A stretch of DNA of 64,000 nucleotides from Camelus dromedarius (lineage: Eukaryota): assembly GCF_036321535.1 (NCBI RefSeq), contig NC_087436.1, positions 122,946,001-123,010,000 on the forward strand, in the 5' to 3' direction. Position numbers and translations under genes: made by a program. Shown here in pieces: positions 25,701 through 37,700 of this stretch; within the stretch, counting starts at the first letter, position 1, and each line of letters starts with the position of its first letter. The notes beneath the pieces were generated by a model, which saw only the letters and a list, made by a program, of their open reading frames with translations, was not told the DNA's origin and did no database searches.

Positions 25701-28700
25701 GGGGGGGGCGGGCGCAGAGGCGCGGGCTGCTTGCTGAGGTGGGCTGGACGGGGAGAAGCTGGCTCCCATCCCGCTGAGGGATGGGGGACTGCTCCTGCTG
25801 TACACGTTGGGCCCAGGAAGGTTAAAGAAAGTGCGGCCAGGGCCGGGGCGGACCCGGCCAGAGCTGAGAGGCCGGCGGGAAGCAGGCAGGCGGGGTCGCG
25901 GGGGAGCGGCGAGAGGCCCCTAACCCTGCCCGCCCCGCAGTGTGTGAGCTGCACGTTCACCCCGACTGTGTGCCCTTCGCCTGCAGCGACTGCCGCCAGT
26001 GCCACCTGGACGGGCACCGGGACCCCGTGAGTGCGCAGGGCCAGGGACGCCTGAGCCTGGTCGAGGGCCACTGGGGGACCGGGGCCCTGCCGAGCCCGCT
26101 GACAGCCCTCTCCGCAGGACACACACCACCACCACTGGCGGGAGGGGAACCTGTCCTCGGGCGCGCGCTGCGAGTTCTGCCGGAAGACGTGCAGCTCTTC
26201 CGACGTGCTGGCCGGTGTTCGCTGCGAGTGGTGCGGTGTCCAGGTGGGCGGGGCGGGGCCGGGGCCTGGGGGCGGGGCCTGCGGGGGCGGGCTGCACCGT
26301 CCACTGGCAAAGCAGGGTAGGGGTTGTGGGGGCGCCCCTTCTCGCCGAGCTTGTTTGCATCACACTCTTTTCCGACTTTGGGGAGTGGGGGTTCGGATGT
26401 ACAGGGGAGAATCAGGGCTTCTTCTGGTTGGCGGGTGGCGCCCAACCCCCCACCAGGGGCGCTCAGTGTGGACCTCTGGGGAGTCACCCCAGCTCAAGTT
26501 TGACCCCCAACCCCCGCCCCAGGCCCATTCGGTCTGCTCCGCGGTGCTCACCCCCGAGTGCACTTTCGGGCGCCTGCGCACCATGGTCCTGCCCCCAGCG
26601 TGCGTGCGCTTGCTGTCCCGCAACTTCAGCAAGATGCACTGCTTTCGTATCTCCGAGAGCGCGGCCCCGGAGCCAGGTGAGCGACGGGCAGCGAGGACCG
26701 GCACTGGGCTGGGGAGGGCAGGCCTTGATTGAGGCCAGCTGAGACCTCCCACAGGTGATGGGGACGACGGTGTGGACGGAAGCGCCCCTGCTGGCCCTGG
26801 TAAAGAGGTGGCAGCGCCGGAGTCCAGTAAGTGGCCTTTAGCTGCTGCCCAGTCCCCCATCCCATCTCCTGTTCGCTCATCCCTTATTCTGCCCCCATAT
26901 TGTCCCCCATTTCCCCTTCCCATCCCCGACCCCATGTACTTGCACCCACTTCCCTGTGGCCCAGGCAAGCAAACTCTGAAGATTTTCGATGGCAACGACA
27001 CAGTGCAGAGAAACCACTTCCGTGTCATCAGCGTCCCCCGCCTGGCCAGGAGCCAGGAGGTGCTGGTGAGAAGGAGCTGCCTTGCCGGCCCACTCCTGGG
27101 GGGAGCTGCAGGGCGCCTGGCACGGCCTGGCTCCTGTCACACCGGCCCCCACTGCAGGAGGCGGCGCTGCGGGCCTACTACATCACGGAGGACCCCCAGG
27201 CCTTCCAGCTGCAGGCGCTCCCCCCACCCACTCAGGCTGGTGACGCTGACACCGAGGCCCTGGGGAAGGTCTGGAGCGGTGGGACTGCCGAGGACGAGGG
27301 TAGTAGAGGCCCAGGGTCCCGAGACGTTCCCGAGGCCTGGGTGATTCGTGCTCTGCCCCGCACCCAGGAGGTCCTGAAGATCTACCCTGCCTGGCTCAAG
27401 TGAGGCCCAGGCCTGGGGCAGGGGTGCTGGCAGGAGAGGGTTGGGGGCCATGCCACCAGAGCTCCTGAACTCGTCCCCTGCAGGGTCGGTGTGGCCTACG
27501 TGTCCCTCCGTGTGACCCCGCAGAGCACGGCCCAGACTGTGGTGCTGGAGGTCCTCCCACTGCTTGGACGCCAGGTGTGTACTCGGGCTGCCCTGGTCCC
27601 AGCCAGCCCAGGGTGGTTGCCCCGTGTGGGTCCTGGTGGGGTGGGGGGGATCCAGGCCTGATACTCCAAAGTCCATCCCTACAGGATGAGGGTCCGGAGG
27701 GCTTCCAGCTGCTGGAGGTGCTCATGGGCAGCAGGCAAGGTGAGTAGGCAGCCTATAGCTGATGCCCTGGCCAGTTCTGCCCCAGTGCCCTGGGGTCGCC
27801 GGGCAGCTGTTTGCAGAGGTGGCTGGGGTTTAGGTGCTGACGGGCGGCGTCTCTCAACCCTGCAGTCCAGCGGATGGTGCTGGCGGATGAGGAGCTCTTG
27901 CTTGGCCGGCTTCAAGCTATCCGGCAGGTCAGTGGGTGTGGACGCTGGCCCCGGGCCAGGGCCTCTGCCTCACAGAGAGGGAGTCTGTTCTTAGGATGCC
28001 ATATCCATCCTGGCCTGCAGCTAACCTTGGCCAGCAGGGCTTCCCCTCCCCCTGAGTTCCCCAAGGGAGGAAGCCTGTGTGTCCTCCTCCTTCCATTCAA
28101 GGGGAGTTTAGCCTGGGGCATCTTCCCTTCGGCCCCCTTTGTGGACAGGGAGGGTGGAGGGGCTCGTCCCCTGTGCTCTGCTCAGTGTCCCTCCCCTGCC
28201 CACAGACGTCCCTACGGCAGATGAGCCAGACACGGTTCTATGTGGCTGAGAGAAGAGCGGTGGCCCCACGTGTCTCTCTGTTTGTGGGAGGTCTGCCCCC
28301 TGGCCTGTCTCCCCAGGAGTACAGCAGTCTTCTGGACGAGGCTATGTCCCTGAAAGGTGTGGCTGCCTGGGCTGGTCTGAGGCTCTTGGTCACAGCGGGG
28401 CAGGGCGGGTGTCCTGAGAGCAGGCCTGTGGGCTGCTGTGCAAGGCTGGGTCCTCCTGCTCCCCTGCTACTCCAAGTCACTGTTGGAGCCTTTGCTGAGC
28501 TGGTTTCTGGCCCAGAGGGTCTCTGTCCTCACCTCTGGGGCCCAGACCCCGTCACCTCCTTCGAGGGGTTTCTGAGATGCCTGCCCTGGGCCCTGGGGGG
28601 GGCCCTGGGCCTGGAGTGGGGGGTGCTGTCTGGGATGGGCAGCCCTGGGAGGCGGGGCCTGGGTCAGGTGCTGCACTTCCCGACCACAATCCGTCTTTGC

Positions 28701-31700
28701 AGCTGGCCTGGTGTCCATGAGCCACGTCTACTCTTCTCAAGGTGAGATGCCCCACAGGCTGAGGTCAGGTTTGTTCAGAGGCCACTCATGGGCTAGATGT
28801 GAGCCCTGCTCTCTCGCTTTATCCCGCTGGTGACCCGTGGGCCCAGGAAACGTTTGTGTTTAATTTCCTGGCTCGTGGCTGTAACGCTCTTGCCTCAAAG
28901 CATGACTGAGGTGCAGAGGACGTGTCCTCCGTGACCCATCTGTGGGTGCACATCTTTTATCACGGAAAACGTCACATCAACCGAGAAGTGGCAGAGAAGT
29001 ACCATGAGCCTTGCGTCCCCTCTGTGGGTCCACAGCAGTGACCCATGCCCTCTGTGCCTCTCTCGGGTCCTGGGAGGCTCGGCGTGGCCGGGAGACTCAG
29101 GTGCACGTCTGCTCCCCTTGCCTCCTGGGAGCCTTGCTTGTATCCCTCAGCACACCCTGTCTCTGAGCCCAGCCGTCCTTGCAGCCTCCCCCCAGGGGAG
29201 AGAGTCACGCACCGTGGGGCATCTTGTGATGGGCTGGCTGGAAGCAGGCCGTGGCCAGAGATGAGGCCATTGGCCCGCTGGAGGAGGCAAGGCCCCTGGC
29301 CCAGGCACCACAGGGGCTGGAGCTCCAGAACAGACACCTGAGCTCATGGCTGACCTGCCACAGGTGCCGTGGTGCTGGACGTGGCCTGCTTTGCCGAGGC
29401 CGAGCGGCTGTATATGCTGGTCAGGGACACGGCTGTTCACAGCCGGCCGCTGACTGCCCTGGTGCTCCCGGATGTGCTGGTGAGTAGCACCGGGTAGGGG
29501 CCTGGGGGGCGTGGCCTCTATGGCTGATTTGTCTAATACTTGGAGCAGTTGGAACAAAGTCCGAGTTGGCTATGCCTGGCTGATTCACACCAAGGGAGGG
29601 CCCAAAGCCCGGTGGTGAGGCATGCACACCAGTTGAGTGGCCCTGCAGTGGTTGCCTCCTGAGGGCTGGCCTGTATTTGTGACTGTGCATGGCCCTTGGT
29701 CTCGCTTGAGTCACTGGTCCTGGCCCCACCCTCCCTGCCCAGGAGGCCTCTGGACCCCTGCTCACACCCTGGGCCTCCTCTGGCCAGACTTTGGAGGCTG
29801 TCCTAAAGACCCAGCAGTGCCCTGGAGCCCGCCCTGTGCTGGGTATGTGCCTTGGTCCTCAGCCTTGCTGGCCCCCAGGGAAACCCCACCCAGGTGTCCA
29901 TGACCCGTGACCCTAGTTCAGGCTGAGCAGAATTAGAGCGGGCTGAGTTTAGGGTCTGTGGCTGAGTGGGCAACATCCTCAGGTCTCAGTTGCCCTGCCC
30001 CAACCCCGAGCGGGGTCAGGACCAGTGGCTCTCCCACTGTCCAGACAAGGATGCAGGCACTGCAGATCAGGGCCCCTGTGGGCAGACACGGGCGGGTGAT
30101 GCCAACATGTGCTTTCTCTCTCCTGGCAGCTGCCTGCCCTGGGGTGAGCCGGTAAGTGGTGACTGTAGGCAACTCTGCCCAGTAGGTCACACGTCACCCC
30201 AAGTGTGTCCTACCTAGGCCTTGAGCCACGGCTGAGCTCGTGAGCTGCCACTGCCCACCATGTCTGCGCCTATCTGTCTCCCGTCACCCAGCATCCCTTG
30301 TTGTAGGGACCCCAGCTCCCTTCCCACACTCTCTTGGACACTGTTTCTGTGGTTGTGTGTAGGGGATGAGCTTTGTCCCAAGGCCGAGGGGCCACCCCTC
30401 CTGACTGCGGTGTGAGTGGTTGGGGGGCCCTGGGAGCCAGGTGGCTCTTAGGGGGCAGATGGAGTCCTGCGTAGGCTTCCAGCCTGGGCTTGCAGGCTGC
30501 AAGGATCAGGCAGCAAGTGTGGTCTGAGGACTCATCTCACGGCGGGTGCGGCATGGCCTGTGTGCTTGGAGCTCCAGGCTGGCCAGCATCACCCCGCCCC
30601 ATCAGCCAGTGGACTGTGCGTGCCCCCTCTGCTGTGGGAGGCGACCCAAGTGGCCACTGGTTAGGTGGGGCTTGTGTGTGCCTCTGTCAGGAGGGGGCTC
30701 TGGCCAGGGGCTTAGGGCCAGGGCTGCCGCTGCCCGGGCAGCCTGGTGGGGAAGCGGGGCAGCTCTGCCTCTGGGTGGCAGCCATGGGAGCCCGCCCTAA
30801 CGCTGCTCCTGTCTATCAGCACACGAAGCTGCCCCCAGACTGCTGCCCTCTTCTTGTGTTTGTGAACCCCAAAAGCGGAGGCCTCAAGGGCCGCGATCTG
30901 CTCTGCAGTTTCCGGAAGCTGCTGAACCCGCACCAGGTCTTCGAGCTGACCAACGGGGGGCCTCTGCCTGGGTGAGTCCTGTGGGGCCCCACTGCTGCAG
31001 GAGCAAGAGCGCTCGCATGGCTCACGGGCGGAATCCTCAAGGGCCGTCGTGGACGTGGGAGGAGCTGCGACCCGCTTCTGCCCCAGGGGTGACTGCCTGT
31101 GCCCTCCTGTTGCGTGGCTGTGAATGTGGCTGGTGGTAGGATATACCGTGTCTCCCTGCTGCCAGGTTCCACGTGTTCTCCCAGGTACCCTGCTTCCGGG
31201 TGCTGGTGTGTGGAGGGGATGGCACCGTGGGCTGGGTGCTTGCCACCCTGGAGGAGGTGCGGCACCGTCTGGCCTGCCAAGAGCCTGCCGTGGCCATCCT
31301 GCCCCTGGGCACAGGTGAGGTCACCCAGGGGGTTGGGGGGGCTCGGGGGCCTGTCCCTTCTGCCCTGTTTCAGTCCGGGCCTGGGGTGGTGGGCAGGTGG
31401 TTGTGGAGAATCAGTGTGGTTCTTGCCGGTGTCCCAGGGAATGACCTGGGCCGGGTCCTCCGCTGGGGGGCGGGCTACAGTGGAGAGGACCCATTCTCCG
31501 TGCTGCTGTCGGTGGACGAGGCTGACGCTGTGCTCATGGACCGCTGGACCATCCTGCTGGACGCTCAGGAGGCTGGTGGAGGGGAGGGCAGTGTGGTGGA
31601 CGCAGAGCCGCCCAAGGTACTGCTGTGCCCAGGTCAGGGTGTGGCACCATTGGGCCCCTGTGGGCGACTACCACGTCTGTCCAGGCCCTTGTCCTTGTCC

Positions 31701-33172
31701 CAGGCACACCTTGGTGTCGGTGCCAGTGCCGTCCCCTGAAGCTGAGGCACAGGGCGGGGACTGGCCGTGCTGGGTCATGTGCCACACTGCCCCCTCTTGG
31801 GTGCAGGGCAGTCACCAGACAGAAGCAGCTCTGAGACCAGGAGGCGGGACCCACCTGGGGGGAGGTGGGGAGCACCTGGTGGGGGCTGACTGGGCCACGG
31901 GAGGATTTCCTGTTCTTAGATCGTACACATGAGTAACTACTGTGGGATTGGCATCGATGCAGAGCTGAGCTTGGACTTCCACCAGGCTCGGGAGGAAGAG
32001 CCTGGCAAGTTCACGAGCAGGTGCTGGAGGCACGGGGGCAGGAGCGGTTACTTCCTGGGGCCCCCGGCAGTGACAGAGGGACAGGGGCTAGGACCCGGGG
32101 GCTGCCACGGGGGTTGCACCCCACCTCGTGATGCAGGCTGCCCTGCCCCACAGGCTCCACAACAAGGGCGTGTATGTGCGGGTGGGGCTGCAGAAGCTCA
32201 GCCAGGCCCGCGGGCTGCACCGGGAGATCCGGCTGCAGGTGGAGCAGCAGGAGGTGGAGCTGCCCAGCATCGAGGGCCTCATCTTCATCAATATCCCCAG
32301 GTGCCAGGGAGGCGGGGGAGGGGGGCTCCTGGGCTCTGCCCTTCTCCGGCCTTCTGTCCAGCGGGGACTCTTACCTGAATGCCCCTCCCTCCTGGTGCAG
32401 CTGGGGCTCGGGGGCCGACCTGTGGGGCTCTGACAGCGACTCCAAGTTCGAGAAGCCACGCATGGATGACGGGCTGCTGGAGGTGGTGGGGGTGACGGGA
32501 GTCGTGCACATGGTAAGTGTGGGGGCCGGGGGATGGGGACCAGGGCTGAGGTGTCCGCCAGGGCCCGCTGAGTGAGGCTCGCTCTCTCGGCCCCCAGGGT
32601 CAGGTCCAGGGTGGGCTGCGCTCTGGTATCCGCATCGCCCAGGGGTCCTACTTCCGTGTCACCCTCCTCAAGGCCACACCTGTGCAGGTGGATGGCGAGC
32701 CCTGGGTCCAGGCTCCCGGGCACATGATCATCTCAGCTGCAGGCCCCAAGGTATGTTAAGTGTAGGTTGAGCTGGGTGCGGCCGGAGAGCCAGCAGTCAG
32801 GTGGGCTTGGTACTGGCTGGCCTGGCCAGGTGCCCAGGGGAGGTCACAGGGCCTGGAAGAGGCTGGCCAGCCCCTAAGGGGCACCTGTTTCTCATGGAAA
32901 TGAGCCCCCTGGTGCCTCAGAGGGGAGGGTATCTCTAGGGCAGCAAGCTTAAGCCTCCTGCTCCTTCCCATCCTATGAAGTGGGCTGAGGTGGCACCAGC
33001 TGTTACAGGAGCCCCAGGCCAGTTGCCTGCAGTGTCGGGCAGCCATCTGACCCTGTCTGTCCTGGGACAGGTCCACATGCTCAGGAAGGCCAAGCAGAAG
33101 CCCAGGAAGGCTGGGAACCCCAGGGATGCACGAGTGGACGGGGAGCCTGCCCCCGAGGGAGACTCCAAGTAG
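22444..33172 (+). CDS. DGKQ: Diacylglycerol kinase theta, 947 aa
   Basis: 23 exons: 22444-22717, 24580-24659, 25396-25495, 25941-26026, 26118-26243, 26523-26676, 26755-26826, 26965-27065, 27158-27399, 27484-27574, 27685-27739, 27866-27927, 28206-28356, 28703-28741, 29364-29479, 30820-30971, 31166-31314, 31438-31616, 31920-32020, 32154-32300, 32401-32512, 32598-32750, 33071-33172. Total 2844 nt, all GT-AG. Three C1 domains, [36 protein letters not shown] and QVDGEPW motifs. Confidence 0.98.
25693..25708. repeat. G16 homopolymer in DGKQ intron 3
   Basis: 16 consecutive G. Similar runs at 6067-6077 (G11) and 6119-6133 (G15). Confidence 0.85.
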
Positions 33173-34791
33173 AGGAGGGCCCTGGAGTCCTGCAGAAGTG
33201 CCCGCGGTGGAGGGACTCAAACACAGCTCTGACCACAGGCGTCTCCTTGTCCCCATCCCTGTGCCACACGGAAGCTGCAGGGTGGGTGTTGGGCATGGGG
33301 CTCCCACTGGCCACCCCCTCACCCCCTGGGGCCCGGGCCACTGTCCTGGGGGGGCAAGCACTCCTCCCTTTGTGTCCCTGTGCCTCCACTGAACCCCTTG
33401 AGAGGGGCAGTGCTGGACTGCATCTCCCACCCCTCTGGCTACACTCACGGGCCCTGGATGTGCCCAGGATGGACCCAGGACCCCTCAGGCACTATTTCCC
33501 CTGGCCTCACTTCACCACTGGGCCTGGCCTTGAGCTGGGCTGGTGGCCCTGGAGTGACAGGGCTGCACCTGGGGAGGCCAGGTGGGCTTGGCTTCTCCCT
33601 GGAGACCTGGTGTGCTGCCCAGCAGGGAGCAGCAGGCCTGGCCGGGAGCCCAGAGGGAGTCAGGAGAGCGTGAAGTGGGGAGCAGTGGCTTTAATCACTG
33701 AGGTCAGTGTGGGGCTTGTCCTTCCATCTGTCCAGTCACCAAGCCAGTTCCATGTCTGCTCGGTGGGCCAGACTTGTCTCAGTGCTTCTCCATGGGGGAG
33801 CTCGGTGATATGGGACATGGCTGTGGCTGCTGGGCGGGCTGCTCACCACAGCCCTGCTGCTGAACCCAAGTCCAGCTGGCTCAGGCCACAGGGGAACCTG
33901 ATCAGAACCTAACAAGCTGCCTAGCACGTCCCGTGCCCCAGAGGGCCTGCCTCTCCTGACTGTCTGGTACCCTCGCCCTTGGCAGTCGGGCCTCCTAGCC
34001 TTCACACCTCAGGCGGCAGCATCACCAGGACGTTTGGCCTCAACCTCAGATGTGGCCCCACCCAGCCCCCCAAGCTTGTGCCAAAACCGCCCGGACATGC
34101 ATCGTAAGGGCTGCAAGTGATGGGCAGCCTTCTCAGGTTCCTCTGGAACACGTGTGATGTGTGAGACTCTCACGTCTGTGTCCCCAGGGGTGGACTTGGC
34201 TTTTGCTTTGCAGGCCCTGTGGGTGGTCAGGTCCTCCGTATTTAAGTGAGTCTGTGTCCCCAGAGGGGGCTCCGCACTGATGCCCTCCCTCATGTGTAAC
34301 TTACCACTACCTGAAGGCGACCATAACTTATATCTGGGACAAATACAGTCCGGGAATCCAGTCCTGCATGGTCTCCTGCTTCTCTGCGCCTGAGACCAGT
34401 CTGTGGTGTGGGGAGGGCTGGCTGGCAGCCCAGCACCACTGGGCTCTCCGTGGGCGGGGACAGTGGGGCTGGGGAGGGGCCGCTACCTGTCCAGGACGCG
34501 GGCCACGTCATACACCCACGGTCGCCTCGGGCTGAGGCTGTGGTCTCCCCGCTGGTCCCCAGCCGCCCCCTGCCCGCAGCCCATCTTTGCTTGACGGAGG
34601 CAGAGGCAGAAAAGTAGACCTGGGCGGACAGAAGGATGCGGCAACACAAGTGAAGCTCCCATGAGACTCTTAACTGCGCAAGCAGATGACAACCCGCGGA
34701 CTCATGCCGCGCAGGAGTCTCACAAGGAAAAGACTCAAGCTGGCCCCGCGCATGCGCCGACCTCAGGCTGGGGTTGGGGGTGCCGGTGGCA

Positions 34792-37700
34792 CTAGCAGGG
34801 GGCAGGGAGGAGTAGGGAGCACGTGTCGTCCCTGGGGCCCCCGGGCGCTGGCCGGGTGGGTGCCGGCCGCAGGGCAAGGTGCGGCAGGGCCCGCAGGATG
34901 GCCAGTGCCAGGCGCACGAGGAGCCGCAGCAGCAGAAAGGCGAAGGGCACAGCGATCTGCATGAGGTGGAAGATGGCCGTGCTGAACCTGGTCAGGATGC
35001 AGGTGGAGGCAAAGGCCAGCAGGCTGGCACAGGGGTACAGCGCGAGCTTGGCAAACATGAAGGCGTGCTCCTGGCCGCCAAAGCGCGCGGAGGGCTGCAG
35101 CGTCTCCCCCTCCTGCAGCAGCGCCGTGGTCCAGATGGCAAACTGGAAGATGCTGGCGAAGAAGATGATGGCGCAGCTGACGCGCACCCTCTCCAGCTCG
35201 TCGTGGGGCTGCTGCGCGAAGGCCGAGGTCTGCTGGTAGGCCAGGGGCAGGCCGCCCACGAAGGCCAGCGAGAGTGTGTTGAGCAGCCCCATGGGCTGCG
35301 TGGCCTTGCGGACGTGCAGGAAGAGCGAGTGGTGGGCAAACCAGAGCAGGCCGACCGTGGCGAAGGAGCCGAAGTAGGCCAGGAAGTGTGGCCCCGACTC
35401 GCTCAGTGCTGCCACCAGGCTGCCGCTGAACTTCTCCCGCACGTCCTTGGGGTCTGGGACGTTGTCTTCGCTGAGGAGTGAGACACGTGGCATTTGCAGC
35501 AGCCGTACTGAGGGCGTGGGCTCAGGGCTGCTGGCCCACCCTGTCCCAGGCCTGAGGGGCTGCATCCTGCCCTCCCCCCCAACTTCAGATGAATGACGTG
35601 CACTGAGTTTTCCTTGATCTGTGCTCACTGCAGGCAGGATACTAAACAATTCAGTGCTCACAAGCTCAAATTTAACTGCATCTTGGGTTTCTCTGCTGAC
35701 TGGCAGCCCTACCTGCTGGCCCCTGGGGCTGGTGAGCAGCCTGGGCCCTGAGCCCTTGGCCCCTCTGGCCCACGTGGGTGGGGGCTTGTGAGGTCTGTCC
35801 ACCCTCCTGCAGCTTCCTGCAGTCCACAGTGGTCCTGCAGATCTGAGGGGGTTTGCCTCTGAGGTTCTGATTCCTGGGCCGAACTTCACTGTAAGGACCA
35901 ATGTGAAGGCACGCTGGGCCCAGGCTTCTCCCCGCATGGAGGTGGTGGGTGCTGTGGAAGGGCTGAAGCAGCCTGGGCCACCTCTGTCCTCACAAAAGCA
36001 GCGGACAGAGACGGGGGGTTTCCTGGGGGTCTGCACCTGGGCCCCTGGGCCCCACAGCCACTCCGTGCTGCCCCCGCTGGGGGGACCTGCAGAATGGCTC
36101 TGGCTGCAGAGCAGAGGCAAAGCCAGCTCATTCCAGAACCACAGGTCTAGGCCTCGGAGACTGGTACCAATAAGCATTTGCTTCCGACTTCTTAAAAATT
36201 CACAAATGACAGTAAGAAAACTCTGCCAAGAGAAAACTGGGAGCATCGTGACTGCAGACTGTCAGAAGCAGAACAGAAAATCAGGGTGTTTCAACACTGA
36301 CAAAGTAAGAACAAACTGGAACCTGACCGAGGAGTAAAACACTACAAAAAAGGACGGAAAGCTGGAAAAGCAGCAGGTAGAACACTTAGAAATAAAAGGC
36401 CAGTAACTCAGGCTGGAGCTCAGACTGACTGGAGGACAGGCCAGGTGGAGCAGAAGAGCTGCAGTGAAGGGTGGGGGCAGGAACTCAGTGGAACTTGGGG
36501 ACCGACATAGGGAGCCGGGAAGCCACCCACTCAGTCAGGTGGGTCCTCAGGGTGGGGCTCCCTCTGGGGAGGGGGGCAGGGAGACCTCAGGGCCTCTGGG
36601 GTTGGAGCCTGGGCAGGTCCTCACCAAATGTCCAGGATGAGCAGCGTGGCCACGATGGCGTAGACCCCGTCGCTGAAGGCCTCCACCCGCTCCTTGCTGA
36701 GAGGCCCATGCAGGTCGAAGGTGAAGAACTCCAGGCTGTGAGCTGGGGGCTCCCTGGGGCCTGCGGGAGTGCAGGGGGAGGAGTGGCCAAGCCCTCAGGG
36801 CCTCGGGGCCAGCTGGGGGTCGCTGCCCTCTTGCCTGAGGGGCCGGAGCATGCAGGCCAGGGGAGGGGACCCTGCAGGGACGCCCGGCTGGCAAGGGTGC
36901 TCCGAGGCCCCCACTCTAGCCTGCCCAGGCACCTACCCACAAGCCTGCCTCGGCACCAGCTGGCGGCCTTGCTGACGTAGGGGAGGAAGATGACTGTCGC
37001 CATCAGCAGGTACGACTGCAGGAGACACGGGTGCGTCAGTGGGGCTTGGCACCTCCACCGAGGGCCGGGCCCAGGAATCCCACCCTGGAGCCATCCGCTC
37101 CAGAGGGAGGGCAGCACAAGCAACAGAAGCAAGACCGGCAGCTCGTTCCCCATCGAGATGCAAACCTGCTGTGCATCAGGGAGTGTTACCAGGAGGCTGG
37201 GAGCATGCGCAAACCTCCTGTCAGAGAAGAACCTCGTGTCCAGCACGTGTGGGAGCTCCTCCAGCTCCACGTCAGAAAGACAAGTAACCAACTGAAAAAT
37301 GGGCAAAGGACTTGAACTGACATTTCTCTGAAGAGAGACGCAGCCCCCACACACAGGGACAGGTGCTCAGCACCACCAGTCCTCGGGGAGACGCGAATCC
37401 AAACCACAAGAGTGCACCGCACGCCCAGGGACAGGCGGCGGCGAGGACAGGGAGGCTGGAGCCCTCGCACACTGTTGGTGGGATGTAAGATGGCTCTGCT
37501 GCTGTGGAAAACAGAACAGAGGGTCCTCAAAAAATTAAAACAGATAATTACCAGCAATTCCACTTCTGGGTATAAACCCCAAAGAACTGAAAGCAGGGTC
37601 TCGAAAAGACATTTGCACACCCACGTTCACGCGTCACTATTCACAGCAGCTGAGATGCAAGCACCGTGGACGCAGGATGTGGCCCGTCCACCAGTGGCTG

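Noticed and set aside
26450-26463. CTCF site ccaccaggggcgct
   Set aside because: One G short of the consensus spacing.
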